Source: Peptococcaceae bacterium
GTDB lineage: Bacteria; Bacillota; Dehalobacteriia; UBA4068; UBA4997
DNA length: 64,000 nucleotides
NCBI GenBank assembly: GCA_022797295.1
Contig: JAAWKH010000004.1
Coordinates: 3,888 to 67,887 of the forward strand
Direction of reading: 5' to 3'
The notes under the pieces are model-generated. The model worked only from the letters and a program-made list of their open reading frames with translations, had not been told where the DNA came from and searched no databases. The translations under genes and the position numbers were made by a program. This document shows positions 1 to 9,700 of this stretch, in pieces; position 1 is the first letter of the stretch, and each line of letters begins with the position of its first letter.

Positions 1-60
1 ATTGATTTGGGGTTAGATAATGATTGAGCAGTTTTAATAAATGGTGGATAAAAATCCATA

Positions 61-148
61 TTTTAGGGGTTCAATGAACCCCCTCCCAATGGCCAATAAA
101 AGGCTAATAAGGCTGAGTGTTCAGAGGTTTAGGGGTTCGATGAACCCG
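61..148. repeat. Two ~20-nt direct repeats (tttaggggttcRatgaaccc), each carrying a GGGTTC..GAACCC palindrome. Possible protein-binding or oriT-like sites.
   Basis: Copy 1 (62-82) contains a perfect 8-1-8 palindrome, ggggttca-a-tgaacccc (66-82). Copy 2 (128-148) is a degenerate version. The copies are 66 nt apart and lie upstream of the MobC-like gene. Confidence 0.55.
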
Positions 149-258
149 TTGAATGCTGCAATTTTGTTTAATAAGATGATGTGCAACATAATTATATATG
201 TAAATTTTATGCAGGCATACAGGGAAGTTTATTAAAACTAAATTTGATTGTTAAATTA

Positions 259-307
259 GCGAAATGTGGGTGAATGAATGCGCATACATTTCGCTTTTTT
301 ATGTTTT
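259..307 (+). terminator. Hairpin plus T-runs, resembling an intrinsic terminator.
   Basis: gcgaaatgt (259-267) pairs perfectly with acatttcgc (286-294) across an 18-nt loop, followed by ttttttatgttttttt. Confidence 0.45.
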
Positions 308-639
308 TTTGGCAGAAAGTTGAGCCAAAGATGCGCATTGATTCACCTTGGAATGTTGAAAGTTTTGTTTGGGAACAGGCATTTTGACAGGATTTTAAGC
401 AATATTACGGTCATATATTGATGTGGTTTTGTTTGGGAAAGCTCTATATATGGTATGGCAGTTTGGTGTTGGTGAGGAATGCTGAGGGATAATCTATAGA
501 GTGAGCTGGGATTTAGGCCTGCCAAGGCAGGGCAAGCATAGCAAAAATGTACATTTATACTGCTTTTTGGGAAATCCCCAATCCCCAGATTCCGCCTTTA
601 TGGGCGGGGAATAATAAAGAAACGAAAAAGGGTGATAAA

Positions 640-957
640 ATGAATAAAGAGAAAAAACATCATTTACATATTGAACTAACAGAACAGCAGTATGAATTAC
701 GGAAGAATAATTGTAAGGCTAGTGGTTTATCTATGCGATTGTATCTTGCCAGATTGCTTGAGGGGGTACCGATAAAATCAAGGCCGAGTGCAGAAATTAG
801 AGAGCTTCGAACTTAAGTTCATAAGATAGGCTTAAATATTAATCAGATTGCTCGCAGTATCAATGCGGGACAGGACTCGCCGGAATTGGCGCAAAGGGCA
901 TTATTTCTGCTGGGTAAGGTGTATGAGATGATGTATGAGATAGCTAAACATAGGTAA
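640..957 (+). pseudogene. MobC-like relaxosome accessory protein gene, interrupted by one in-frame TAA (814-816).
   Basis: The N-terminal part reads HIELTEQQYELRKNNCKASGLSMRLYLARLL (RHH-like). After the TAA the same frame continues VHKIGLNINQIARSINAG...YEIAKHR, which matches the MobC hallmark IGnNlNQIAR. An RBS-like aaaaagggtga precedes ATG 640. No relaxase gene follows. Confidence 0.7.
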
Positions 958-960
958 AAT

Positions 961-1003
961 ACAGATATTCTTTGTTTTGTAATACAAAAAAGATAATATC
1001 TGT
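961..1003 (+). terminator. 43-nt imperfect palindrome directly after the MobC-like gene (terminator or operator).
   Basis: acagatatt (961-969) pairs with aatatctgt (995-1003), with an inner ttttgta/tacaaaa pairing, followed by a T-rich tract. Confidence 0.4.
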
Positions 1004-1133
1004 TGTATTTTGTTACCTATTGTGTTATACTACATTGTGTATAATTATATCTAATATAGTATAACTTGGTTTTTTCTAGTCGAATTGTGCAAGTTAAATA
1101 TTTGCTCATACTTAAAATATACTTTGTTATATA

Positions 1134-3527
1134 TTGAACTTTATGGGTGGTAATATGGCGTTGAAAATTCCTTGGGAGCAGGAAGAAGCAGTAATATTAC
1201 TGGATGCTCTTTTAAAAGTGAGAAACGGTGATATAACTCGTAAAGAAGCTGTCGCTAATGTGTCTAATGAGTTACGCCAAAGAGCCATAAATAAGGGAAT
1301 TAAAATAGATGATATTTTTCGTAATATAAATGGCATTGGTTTGCAGATGTCTTTCATGGAATATATTATAACTGATGGAAAGCAAGGAATGCCTCAAGCA
1401 TCTAAACTGTTTAAGGAAACAATTAAATTATATAATGAAAAGAAAAATGAATTTGAAAAAATCTTAATCGAGGCGAAGCAAAATTTAAGTTCCGATTCTA
1501 ATAATGAACACAATATAAAAAATGTTAAAACTTTAGCCAGCAAACAAAAATTGTCTGGAGAAAATATAAAGGCTAGACGTATGGCTTTTAAAAATTGGTT
1601 GAAAAGTAATTGCTCATCTGAGTCTAGTATATCCAATTATGCATTTGCATTAAATGCTGCATTTGTTTTAGAACAGTGTGGGGCATTAGCGATGCGGCTT
1701 TCTTTGGTGGACAGAAATTTGTTTTTTATTGAAGATATTGATGAATTACGAAATATCAGAACAGGCTTGTTAATAAATCAGATAAAAGATAAACCAAGTG
1801 ATAAATTTATCTCTGTTTTAAATAAGTATATTGAATTTTGTAATGGTGGAGAACCTGAATATTTTGAAAAAATAAATCTTGCTGAGCAAACAGATCACAT
1901 TGATGGTACAATATTAGAGGAAAATAAAAAAACAATATATGATAATAATACGCAGTTGGCTTCTGAATTGCAAGAGCCTGTAACTGAACAGGCGCAGGTT
2001 GAATATGAGGAAGAAATAGAACAACAAAATATTAATGATCTTCAAACTGATAATAATATTTTGGATATTGTGGAATCAGATTACAATGTGCCTGAAGAAA
2101 ATGACTTTGGCTTTGAAATAATTCTTAAAGAAGATTTTCCTAATGGTTTTAGAATGAATTCTGCCATTGACAAGAATCGTTTCAGAAAGTTTTTTTCTGA
2201 ACGTTTTGCTTCGGATTTGCTAGAATCAGATGAATATATAGTTGAACAACTTGAGAAAATTGGTGTGCAGCGAGAAGGACGCATTTTTATTAAAAATGAT
2301 TCAGAACAACAGAAAATAATTCATTGTATTATTGATGATTTGACTAAGGCGTTTGATGATGGTGCAACTTGTGTATATATTGAAGCAATTTGGAAGCGTT
2401 ATCAAAATTCTTTATCTGATAATCTTTGTATATATAATATTGAAGCGCTGACGGATTTGTTAAAAAAGGAATTGCAAGATAAATATTCTTTCTTTTATAA
2501 CAAATATTTCTGTGTTTATAATAGACAAGCGGATACTTATCAAGATGTATTGAACTGTTTAAAAAAATATAGTGTACCTGTATCATATGAAACTTTATTT
2601 GAAAATCTTTGGTATTTGCCATCAGATAAAATTAAACAGATTTTAGCGTCAAATAAAATTTTTGTTTGTACTTCAAGAGGACACTATTTTTATGCTCCTA
2701 ATTTACCTGTTAGTTATGGAGAACTGGAGCAGATTTCGGATATTATTTCTGCTGAATTAACTAACAGAAGTTATATCAGTGATGTAGAAATGTACAGTCT
2801 GCTGCAAGAAAAATGTCCTATGGTGTTAATTAACACAGAGGAATTCTCGATGCCAGCCTTACGTAATGTTTTAGGATATTTGTTAAGTGATACATTTTCA
2901 TTCAATGGTAAAATAATAACCTTAAAAGATAAGCAGATTAGTTTATCGGATGTGTTTGCAGAGTTCTGTCATTTACATAAAATGCTAACTTTAAGTGAAA
3001 TAAAAGATTTTGCACAGGAACTGGATACAACTATTAATTGGAATATATGGAATACAATTAGGCAAAATATGGTGCGTATTTCTGAAACAGAGTTTGTGCA
3101 ATTTGATAATGTGAATTTTGATGTATCACTAATTGATAAAATGTTAGAATCAATTTGTCAACATGAGTATGTGCCAATTCAAAGTGTTGGCTTATTTATG
3201 CATTTTCCAGCCATTGGTATACAATGGAATAGCTATGTTTTAGAAAGCTATGTTTATGTTTTGAGTAAAAGTTTTTGTCTAATTAATGCTGGTTTTGTTG
3301 AGCATGGTTGCTATGGCGCTATTGTACGTAAAAACTCTATATTTGTTGACTATCAAAAATTAGTTGTTGATGCACTGGCTCATTCTCAACAATGGAATAC
3401 AAGCAAAGAGGCTTTAGAGTTTTTAATTCAAGAGGGTTATCAATCTAGTCGACGTTTTTCTAATATTGATAATGTTATAAAAGAGGCTAAACTTTTGCGT
3501 GAGCAATTAAACAAGTCTAAGGAATGA
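1134..3527 (+). CDS. Hypothetical 797-aa protein, first gene of the BREX-like operon. No catalytic motif recognised.
   Basis: Long ORF in an AT-rich context. Alternative ATG starts at 1143 and 1155. The stop lies 10 nt before the next gene. It has an N-terminal helical module (WEQEEAVILLDALL...FRNINGIGLQMSFMEY), an acidic linker at about 1970-2100, and no P-loop. Confidence 0.8.
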   Translation: MNFMGGNMALKIPWEQEEAVILLDALLKVRNGDITRKEAVANVSNELRQRAINKGIKIDDIFRNINGIGLQMSFMEYIITDGKQGMPQASKLFKETIKLYNEKKNEFEKILIEAKQNLSSDSNNEHNIKNVKTLASKQKLSGENIKARRMAFKNWLKSNCSSESSISNYAFALNAAFVLEQCGALAMRLSLVDRNLFFIEDIDELRNIRTGLLINQIKDKPSDKFISVLNKYIEFCNGGEPEYFEKINLAEQTDHIDGTILEENKKTIYDNNTQLASELQEPVTEQAQVEYEEEIEQQNINDLQTDNNILDIVESDYNVPEENDFGFEIILKEDFPNGFRMNSAIDKNRFRKFFSERFASDLLESDEYIVEQLEKIGVQREGRIFIKNDSEQQKIIHCIIDDLTKAFDDGATCVYIEAIWKRYQNSLSDNLCIYNIEALTDLLKKELQDKYSFFYNKYFCVYNRQADTYQDVLNCLKKYSVPVSYETLFENLWYLPSDKIKQILASNKIFVCTSRGHYFYAPNLPVSYGELEQISDIISAELTNRSYISDVEMYSLLQEKCPMVLINTEEFSMPALRNVLGYLLSDTFSFNGKIITLKDKQISLSDVFAEFCHLHKMLTLSEIKDFAQELDTTINWNIWNTIRQNMVRISETEFVQFDNVNFDVSLIDKMLESICQHEYVPIQSVGLFMHFPAIGIQWNSYVLESYVYVLSKSFCLINAGFVEHGCYGAIVRKNSIFVDYQKLVVDALAHSQQWNTSKEALEFLIQEGYQSSRRFSNIDNVIKEAKLLREQLNKSKE

Positions 3528-3537
3528 GGATAAATTC

Positions 3538-5898
3538 GTGTACAAATATACTTGGGATGAAGAAACTGGCGGTTTGCTTTTGCTTCCTGAAATATCAAGA
3601 TTTAGCAATGAACCACGACCAGTTTACTACAAAGAATTAGATGCTTTGGGATTTGATAAATTTTGGAACTATCCCAAAGATGATAAATTGCCTTTAATGT
3701 GGGCTGAAGCTAATAATTATATTTATAAAGGACAAATAGTTGCCAAGACTAAGGGAGGTGCCTTATATACTTCACCTGAAATAATACTTTTAGATAAGCC
3801 TGAACCTGATGGTATTGAATTGAAATTTGTAGATATTGACAGAATGATTGAAAAAAATAGAATAATTATGGAGGAATTAGTTCAGGAAACTATTCAGAAA
3901 GTTTATAATACCTATAAAAAATATAAAAATAAGGTTGATGTGTTTTATGTTGCTTTTAGTGGTGGTAAGGATAGCGTTGTTGCTCTTGATATAGTGCAAC
4001 GTGCTTTGCCGCATGATGATTTTATAGTATTGTTTGCTGATACTCAAATGGAATTTATAGATACATATAATGTTGTAAATCAAATTGAATTTTGGTGTCA
4101 AATAAATTGTATACAATTTTTTACTGTCAAGTCGCAATATAATCCGAATTACACCTGGAATCTTATTGGACCTCCTGCTCAAAAGATGCGTTGGTGCTGT
4201 GGTGTACATAAAACTGTGCCACAAATATTATTTTTGCGAACATTAACAAATAAATTAAATTTTAGGGGTATGGCTTTAATGGGAGTACGTTCTGATGAAA
4301 GTGTAACTCGAGGACGATACAACGAATTAAATTATTCTACAAAGCATAAGGGACAGTATGATTTTTATCCGATATTTAATTGGAGTTCAGCGGAGTTATT
4401 TATATATATTTTTCAAAATAAGCTAATTATTAACGAAACATATAAATCTGGCAATAGTCGTGCTGGTTGCTTGGTTTGCCCAATGGAGGCTTCAAAAAAC
4501 ACTTGGTTTAAGGAGCAATTGTATAAGGGGAGGGCACATGATTGTCGTACAACTACATTTTTTAATAAAATAATCATAGAACAAACAGTTGCATCAAATT
4601 TAGACCAAGAGCACCTTAAAGAATTTATGAATATTGGAGTTTGGAAGTCTAGGCATAATGGTAGTAAATTATTAACACAACACAGTATTTTTCATGAAGA
4701 AAAAATTGATAATAATGTAATGATAACATTAGATTATATATCTGTAGACTGGAGAGAATGGCTAAAAACTATAGGTCAACTAAATTTTTTATCAAATAAT
4801 ATTGTTAAAATTTTTATTGATTCAAATTGTTATATTTTGGAGTATGATTATGCAAATCAAAAGCATATTTTTACAGTTAGAAATATTGGACACACACAGA
4901 AAGATATATATTTTATTTCGTGGTTAAAAATTATTCTAAAAAAATCAGCGTATTGTATTAAATGTCAGATATGTGAAGCAAATTGTCCTAATGGATATAT
5001 TCATATGAGTGGCAATAAATTTTACATTGATGATAAATGTACAAAATGCAAACAATGTTATGATGTTAATGGTGGATGTGTAGTGGCTGCTTCACAATAT
5101 ATACCAAAGGGGGTAAATAAAATGAATGGTAGCATTGATCAGTATAAAAATATGGGAATTAGATATTCTTGGGTTGTTGAATACTTGGAGAAAGGTGATG
5201 ACTTTTGGAGTGATAACAACTTGGGAAGTGAAATGCAAAAGTCGTTAAAAAGGTTCTTAGGTCATGCTGGAATTTCTGAAAAAAATACTATAACTATATT
5301 CGGGAAGGTAATTTTTTCATTAAAGCATAATTCAACAATTATCTGGGCGCTTATGCTTTGTAACTTAGTTTATACATCGCAGTTTAATTGGTGGGTAATG
5401 AATATACAACAAAACAGAATATATTTACAAGAAGAATTGAACGAAATGCTTAAAGATACACTTACTGATAATCAAAGAAAGAATGTTTTATCTGGATTTA
5501 AAAATATTTTCTTTACTAATAATATATTAAGTCAGGAAATTGGTTTTGGTATAGTTACTGTTCTGGAAAAAGAACGAAATTCTTTTTTGGTTGATGCTAA
5601 AAGAAAACCTTGGGATAACCCCGACCCACGTGTTATTTTATATTCATTGTATAAGTTTGCCGAGGCTTGTGGGGATTACTATCAATTTTCCTTGTCAACT
5701 TTGCTTGATGATACTATTGAGCGTGATGGAGTTAGCCCTACTCGCATTTTTGGCTTAAACCGAGAAACAATGGTGCCAATTTTGAATGGGCTTGCTGTTA
5801 ATTACCCGGAATTTATTTCAGCAAGTTTTTCTCTTGGTTTGGAAACTATTGATTTGTATGCAGATAAAACTGCTCAAGATGTACTGACATTATTTTAA
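3538..5898 (+). CDS. brxP: BrxP-like protein: PAPS-reductase/DndC-type PP-loop domain, a ferredoxin-type double Cys motif, and a C-terminal region resembling DUF4007 (SspB-like, tentative).
   Basis: GTG start preceded by gagga. PP-loop VAFSGGKDSVVALD. Additional Cys pairs WCCG and GCLVCP. CIKCQICEANCP...CTKCKQCYDVNGGC at 4954-5079. Position immediately upstream of brxC-pglZ. Confidence 0.85.
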   Translation: MYKYTWDEETGGLLLLPEISRFSNEPRPVYYKELDALGFDKFWNYPKDDKLPLMWAEANNYIYKGQIVAKTKGGALYTSPEIILLDKPEPDGIELKFVDIDRMIEKNRIIMEELVQETIQKVYNTYKKYKNKVDVFYVAFSGGKDSVVALDIVQRALPHDDFIVLFADTQMEFIDTYNVVNQIEFWCQINCIQFFTVKSQYNPNYTWNLIGPPAQKMRWCCGVHKTVPQILFLRTLTNKLNFRGMALMGVRSDESVTRGRYNELNYSTKHKGQYDFYPIFNWSSAELFIYIFQNKLIINETYKSGNSRAGCLVCPMEASKNTWFKEQLYKGRAHDCRTTTFFNKIIIEQTVASNLDQEHLKEFMNIGVWKSRHNGSKLLTQHSIFHEEKIDNNVMITLDYISVDWREWLKTIGQLNFLSNNIVKIFIDSNCYILEYDYANQKHIFTVRNIGHTQKDIYFISWLKIILKKSAYCIKCQICEANCPNGYIHMSGNKFYIDDKCTKCKQCYDVNGGCVVAASQYIPKGVNKMNGSIDQYKNMGIRYSWVVEYLEKGDDFWSDNNLGSEMQKSLKRFLGHAGISEKNTITIFGKVIFSLKHNSTIIWALMLCNLVYTSQFNWWVMNIQQNRIYLQEELNEMLKDTLTDNQRKNVLSGFKNIFFTNNILSQEIGFGIVTVLEKERNSFLVDAKRKPWDNPDPRVILYSLYKFAEACGDYYQFSLSTLLDDTIERDGVSPTRIFGLNRETMVPILNGLAVNYPEFISASFSLGLETIDLYADKTAQDVLTLF

Positions 5899-5911
5899 AA
5901 GAGGTGTCAAA

Positions 5912-6685
5912 ATGAATCACGAAACATATCAAGATTATTTTAACATTGATCCTAAATATTATGCGGCTGTTACAGCTGACTTAATTAAAAGCGGTAAGGT
6001 TAAATGGACAGCCTTTTATCCACATGAAACTTTTGTGCGTTTACTTGAAAAAACGCATATTATGTTATCTGGCAAGGATTCTCGCTCACTTTGGGTTGAA
6101 GGTGCCTATGGAACGGGTAAATCTCACGCAGCTTTAACTGTTAAATCTTTGTTGGAAGCTAGCGATGATGAAATACAAGCTTATTTTGATGATTATGGTT
6201 TAAATAAGGATTTATGTCAGCAGCTTATCACTGATAAAAATAATGGTAAACTAATTACCATTCATCGTATTGGGACAGCTTCTATTCGTTCTGATCAGGA
6301 TTTAATTTTGGCAATACAAGATAGTGTGATTGATGCGTTACATAAGCATGGCATTGAGAACCGTGGTGAAGCCTCGTTAAAAGATGCCGCACTTAAATGG
6401 TTTGATGAAAAGGAAGCTAATCGAACTTATTTTGACAGCCTAATAAAAGAAGAAAAGTATATGTGGGAGTTTGGTGGCAAAACAGTTTTGGAGGTTATCG
6501 ACACCTTAAAAAATGGTAATGCTGATGTTGTTGCTAAATTAATGCGTAATATATTGCGTGTGGCAGAGGATAATGGCATAACAGCTTTGCGTTTGGACGT
6601 TCCCGCTTTGTGTGAATGGATTAAAAGCGTTATTGATGATAATGATATTTCGGCTATTTTATTTGTTTGGGATGAATTTACATAA
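5912..6685 (+). CDS. brxC: BrxC/PglY-like P-loop ATPase, N-terminal fragment (gene interrupted by an in-frame TAA at 6683-6685).
   Basis: RBS agaggtg. Walker A GAYGTGKSH. Walker B ILFVWDEF immediately before the stop. The reading frame continues open in the same frame after the TAA. Confidence 0.85.
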   Translation: MNHETYQDYFNIDPKYYAAVTADLIKSGKVKWTAFYPHETFVRLLEKTHIMLSGKDSRSLWVEGAYGTGKSHAALTVKSLLEASDDEIQAYFDDYGLNKDLCQQLITDKNNGKLITIHRIGTASIRSDQDLILAIQDSVIDALHKHGIENRGEASLKDAALKWFDEKEANRTYFDSLIKEEKYMWEFGGKTVLEVIDTLKNGNADVVAKLMRNILRVAEDNGITALRLDVPALCEWIKSVIDDNDISAILFVWDEFT

Positions 6686-6763
6686 TATTTTATTAATAAT
6701 CAGAATTCGCTTACAGGCTTTCAGGGATTAGCTGAAGTTAGTCAATCTCATCCCTTTTATTTT

Positions 6764-9700
6764 TTGATTGTAACGCATGAAAGTCAATCTTTGATTGAAG
6801 ATAAAGATAAGCGAAAGAAAATTCTGGATCGTTTTGTAGGTGGTGGTACAGTACGCATTGAAATGCCAGAAAATATGGCTTTCCGTTTAATGTCTAAGGC
6901 AATGAAAACAACGTCTGACCCTGTGCTGTTGCCTAAATGGCAGGAATACAAAGCAGATTTAAATGATAATTTAACAGATGTGCGCAATAATATTACTTCA
7001 CACGCTAAAAAAAATGCAACTATGGGTCAGAAAACTGTAATATCTGATGAGGAATTACAGAATATTGTACCCATTCATCCTTATGCAGCACTTTTGTTGA
7101 AGCATATGTCAGTTGCTTTTAATTCAAATGCTAGAAGTATGTTTGACTTTATTATTAGTAATGACATGACAGAGGCTAAAGGGTTTAAGTGGTTTATTAG
7201 TAATTATGGGCCTCTTGATGACCCAAATTTGTTAACAGTGGATATGCTATGGGACTTCTTTAATGGTAAAGATCAAACAGGGCTTAATGATGATGTTAGG
7301 GTTATTCTGGATTCATTTGGTTTGCTAAAAGCTGGAAGCTTAACACCTGAACAAGTGCGTGTATTTAAAACTATATTGCTGTTGGAAGCTATATCAGTTA
7401 GAGTGAATAGTGTGGAATTGTTGCGGCCAAATGAGCAGAACATTGATTTAGCCTTTTTAGGTACAGATTGGAATAAAGGAAAAGCTCGCAGTATTGCAGC
7501 AGGTCTTTGTCAACAGGGATTGCTATTTGAAAAGCCAGTTGGCAATGGTATGAAAGAGTATACAGTAGCAAATAATGGCGGTAACAAAGCTAAAATTGAA
7601 CAATATAAGGAAGAAATACGAAAAAGCACGAGGACTTTAGATTTAGTTGTATCTGCAGATTTGTTAAGCGCTTTGCAACTGACGGATTCTATACGAGGCC
7701 GTTATATAATGGAAGCTGCTTCATCTGCAAATTTCACACAGGCTAGTAATAAATTTAATTCTGTTAACAAACCTAATAGATTTAAGATACTTGTTACCTT
7801 TGCATTGAATGATAACGAATCTGCAAAACTTAAAGAGCTTAACAACAAAGCCATTCTGCAATCAGATAATGAGCTGTATTATATTGAATGTTTAACACAA
7901 ATGGGTAATGATTTATATGAGCAATATGTTGAAAATATGGCTTATAGCAAAAATTATGCTCAAAATGATAAACAACGTGCAGTTGGTTTTGAAAATCAGG
8001 CTCGGAAGTGTCTGATTGAATGGCAGCAAAAAATTGTCAATGGTGCTTTTATGTTGTATACGCTTGATAATAAAAGTGGTATTCGTTTGGCAAATTTTCA
8101 AGCATTACAAGAAGAACTACAGAAAATCAATCGGCAAAAATATCCATATAGCCTTGAACAATACAATTTGACAAGTACGATGTTTACCAAAGGGCCACTT
8201 GCTCAGGGGGCAGAGTGTGGTATCAATCAGGAGTTAAAGCAGTCTTTTAAATCATCTAATGTTAATACGAGCTTGTCTACTGCTTTGGCTGGTGCTTGGC
8301 AAGTAGAAAAATATTGGGAGGATTCGACAAAACAAAGCTTGCCTATTGTACATATAAAAAATGAAGTTGAGCGTCTTGTGCAGGATGGTTTTAATAAAGG
8401 TTCTGGACGAGTTAGCGTTCTATCTATTTTTGAGGCTCTGGAACAGCCTAAATATGGTTTTATGCCCAATAATGTTGCAGCTTTCATATTAGGCTTTGTT
8501 TTGAAAGAGTATGCAACTTCGGATTATTATTGGAGTAATGGTTCTAATAGCGATGTGATGAGTCCTGATAAGATGAAAGCAATGATTGCCAATGCAATCA
8601 ATCAAAAGGTATCACCATCAGCTAAATATAAAGAAGAATACATTGTTGCGATGAGTGTTGAACAAAGGGCATTTTTGCAATGTGCAGCCAATGTTTTCCA
8701 GATTCCAACAACTCAATGTGATTCAGTAGAAAGAGCCAGAGATCAGATAAGAATTAAAATGAAGGGCTTGATGTTTCCTATCTGGTGTTTAAAATACATT
8801 TTAGATTCCTCAACCTTGCAATCATCAAAAGAGCATATATCTAAAATAATTGATGCGTATTGTGGAATTGCTAATACCGCCAATGGTTATAGAGATACTG
8901 AAAGCGAGTTGGCGGAAGATATAGGAAAACTCGTTTGTGAACATCCATCTATAACGCAGGATTTGGTTAATTTATTTACAAATGAAAACTGTCGTAAAGG
9001 CATGTTGGCATATATTGATATTTTTCAAGGAGGTATATTGCCTAAACTAGCTGCAGAGATCAATGATAACGGTATTTATTTAGATGAAGTAAAACGAAAA
9101 TTTAATGCTGATGCAGCAAACTGGGTTTGGAGTTCAGATACTGCAGATGAAAAAATTTCTGATGTAATTTTGGAATATCATATTATTGCTGAAAGTAATA
9201 AAAGTTTGCCAATAAAGAGTAATACTCTGAATGATATAGTAAGAGAATGGAATAAGCGTACTAATAATATTAAAATGCCGTATGATGAATTACACAAATA
9301 TACTGGGGATTTCAGCGGTTTTTTGAAACAGTTATATTATATAAAACAGTCTGGTCAAATTCAGGAACAAAATAAGCCTAAATTTTATGAGTTACTTGTA
9401 ACACAGCGTGAGAATTTTGATTGTTTTTACAAAGAGCAGCTACCTTATTTTAAACAGCTAGCAAAAGGTTTTATTGATGATTTAGATGAAGAAACTATTG
9501 CCGATTTTTATACTAAATTACCATCAGGTCAATTTACAAAATCAATTAGTGAATATTATCAGTTTTTAGAAAATCAACTTGATATTTATAAAAAAGGGTT
9601 GGTTAAAGAGCGTTTGAAAACATTATGGCTAGATAGGACGTGTACTAAAGATCCTGAGGATTGGTCAGAGCGTTACGAAACTCCAATTTTGTGTATGTTT

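Noticed and set aside
79-87. ccccctccc at 79-87 is the complement of the gggaggggg core of the 15.4-15.6 kb repeats. This could suggest terminal inverted repeats flanking the cargo.
   Set aside because: Only 9 nt match convincingly and the flanks diverge. A match of this length is expected by chance in a 64-kb window.
66-148. ggggttcRatgaaccc palindromes look superficially like tRNA T-arms or a duplicated att core.
   Set aside because: They do not match the tRNA-Ser 3' sequence (gtgggttcgaatcccaccgcttccgcca), and no cloverleaf can be built around them.
41-235. 64-aa ORF at the start of the window.
   Set aside because: It has no RBS. It spans the two palindromic repeats, which generate the repeated FRGSMNP peptide as an artefact. 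It has a low-complexity translation in AT-rich DNA.
3877-4224. 115-aa antisense ORF inside brxP, and similar antisense ORFs inside the island genes (for example 1127-1357, 2344-2622, 13363-13650).
   Set aside because: They are embedded in much longer sense ORFs with clear motifs, have no RBS, and give low-complexity translations.
814-6685. Two in-frame TAA codons (814-816 in the MobC-like gene, 6683-6685 in brxC) might indicate an alternative genetic code in the island's donor.
   Set aside because: TAA is also the genuine terminator of brxP, brxC, pglZ, the brxL-like gene, the desulfurase and int in the same island. Each affected gene has only one such codon. Point nonsense mutations (or sequencing errors) are the simpler explanation.
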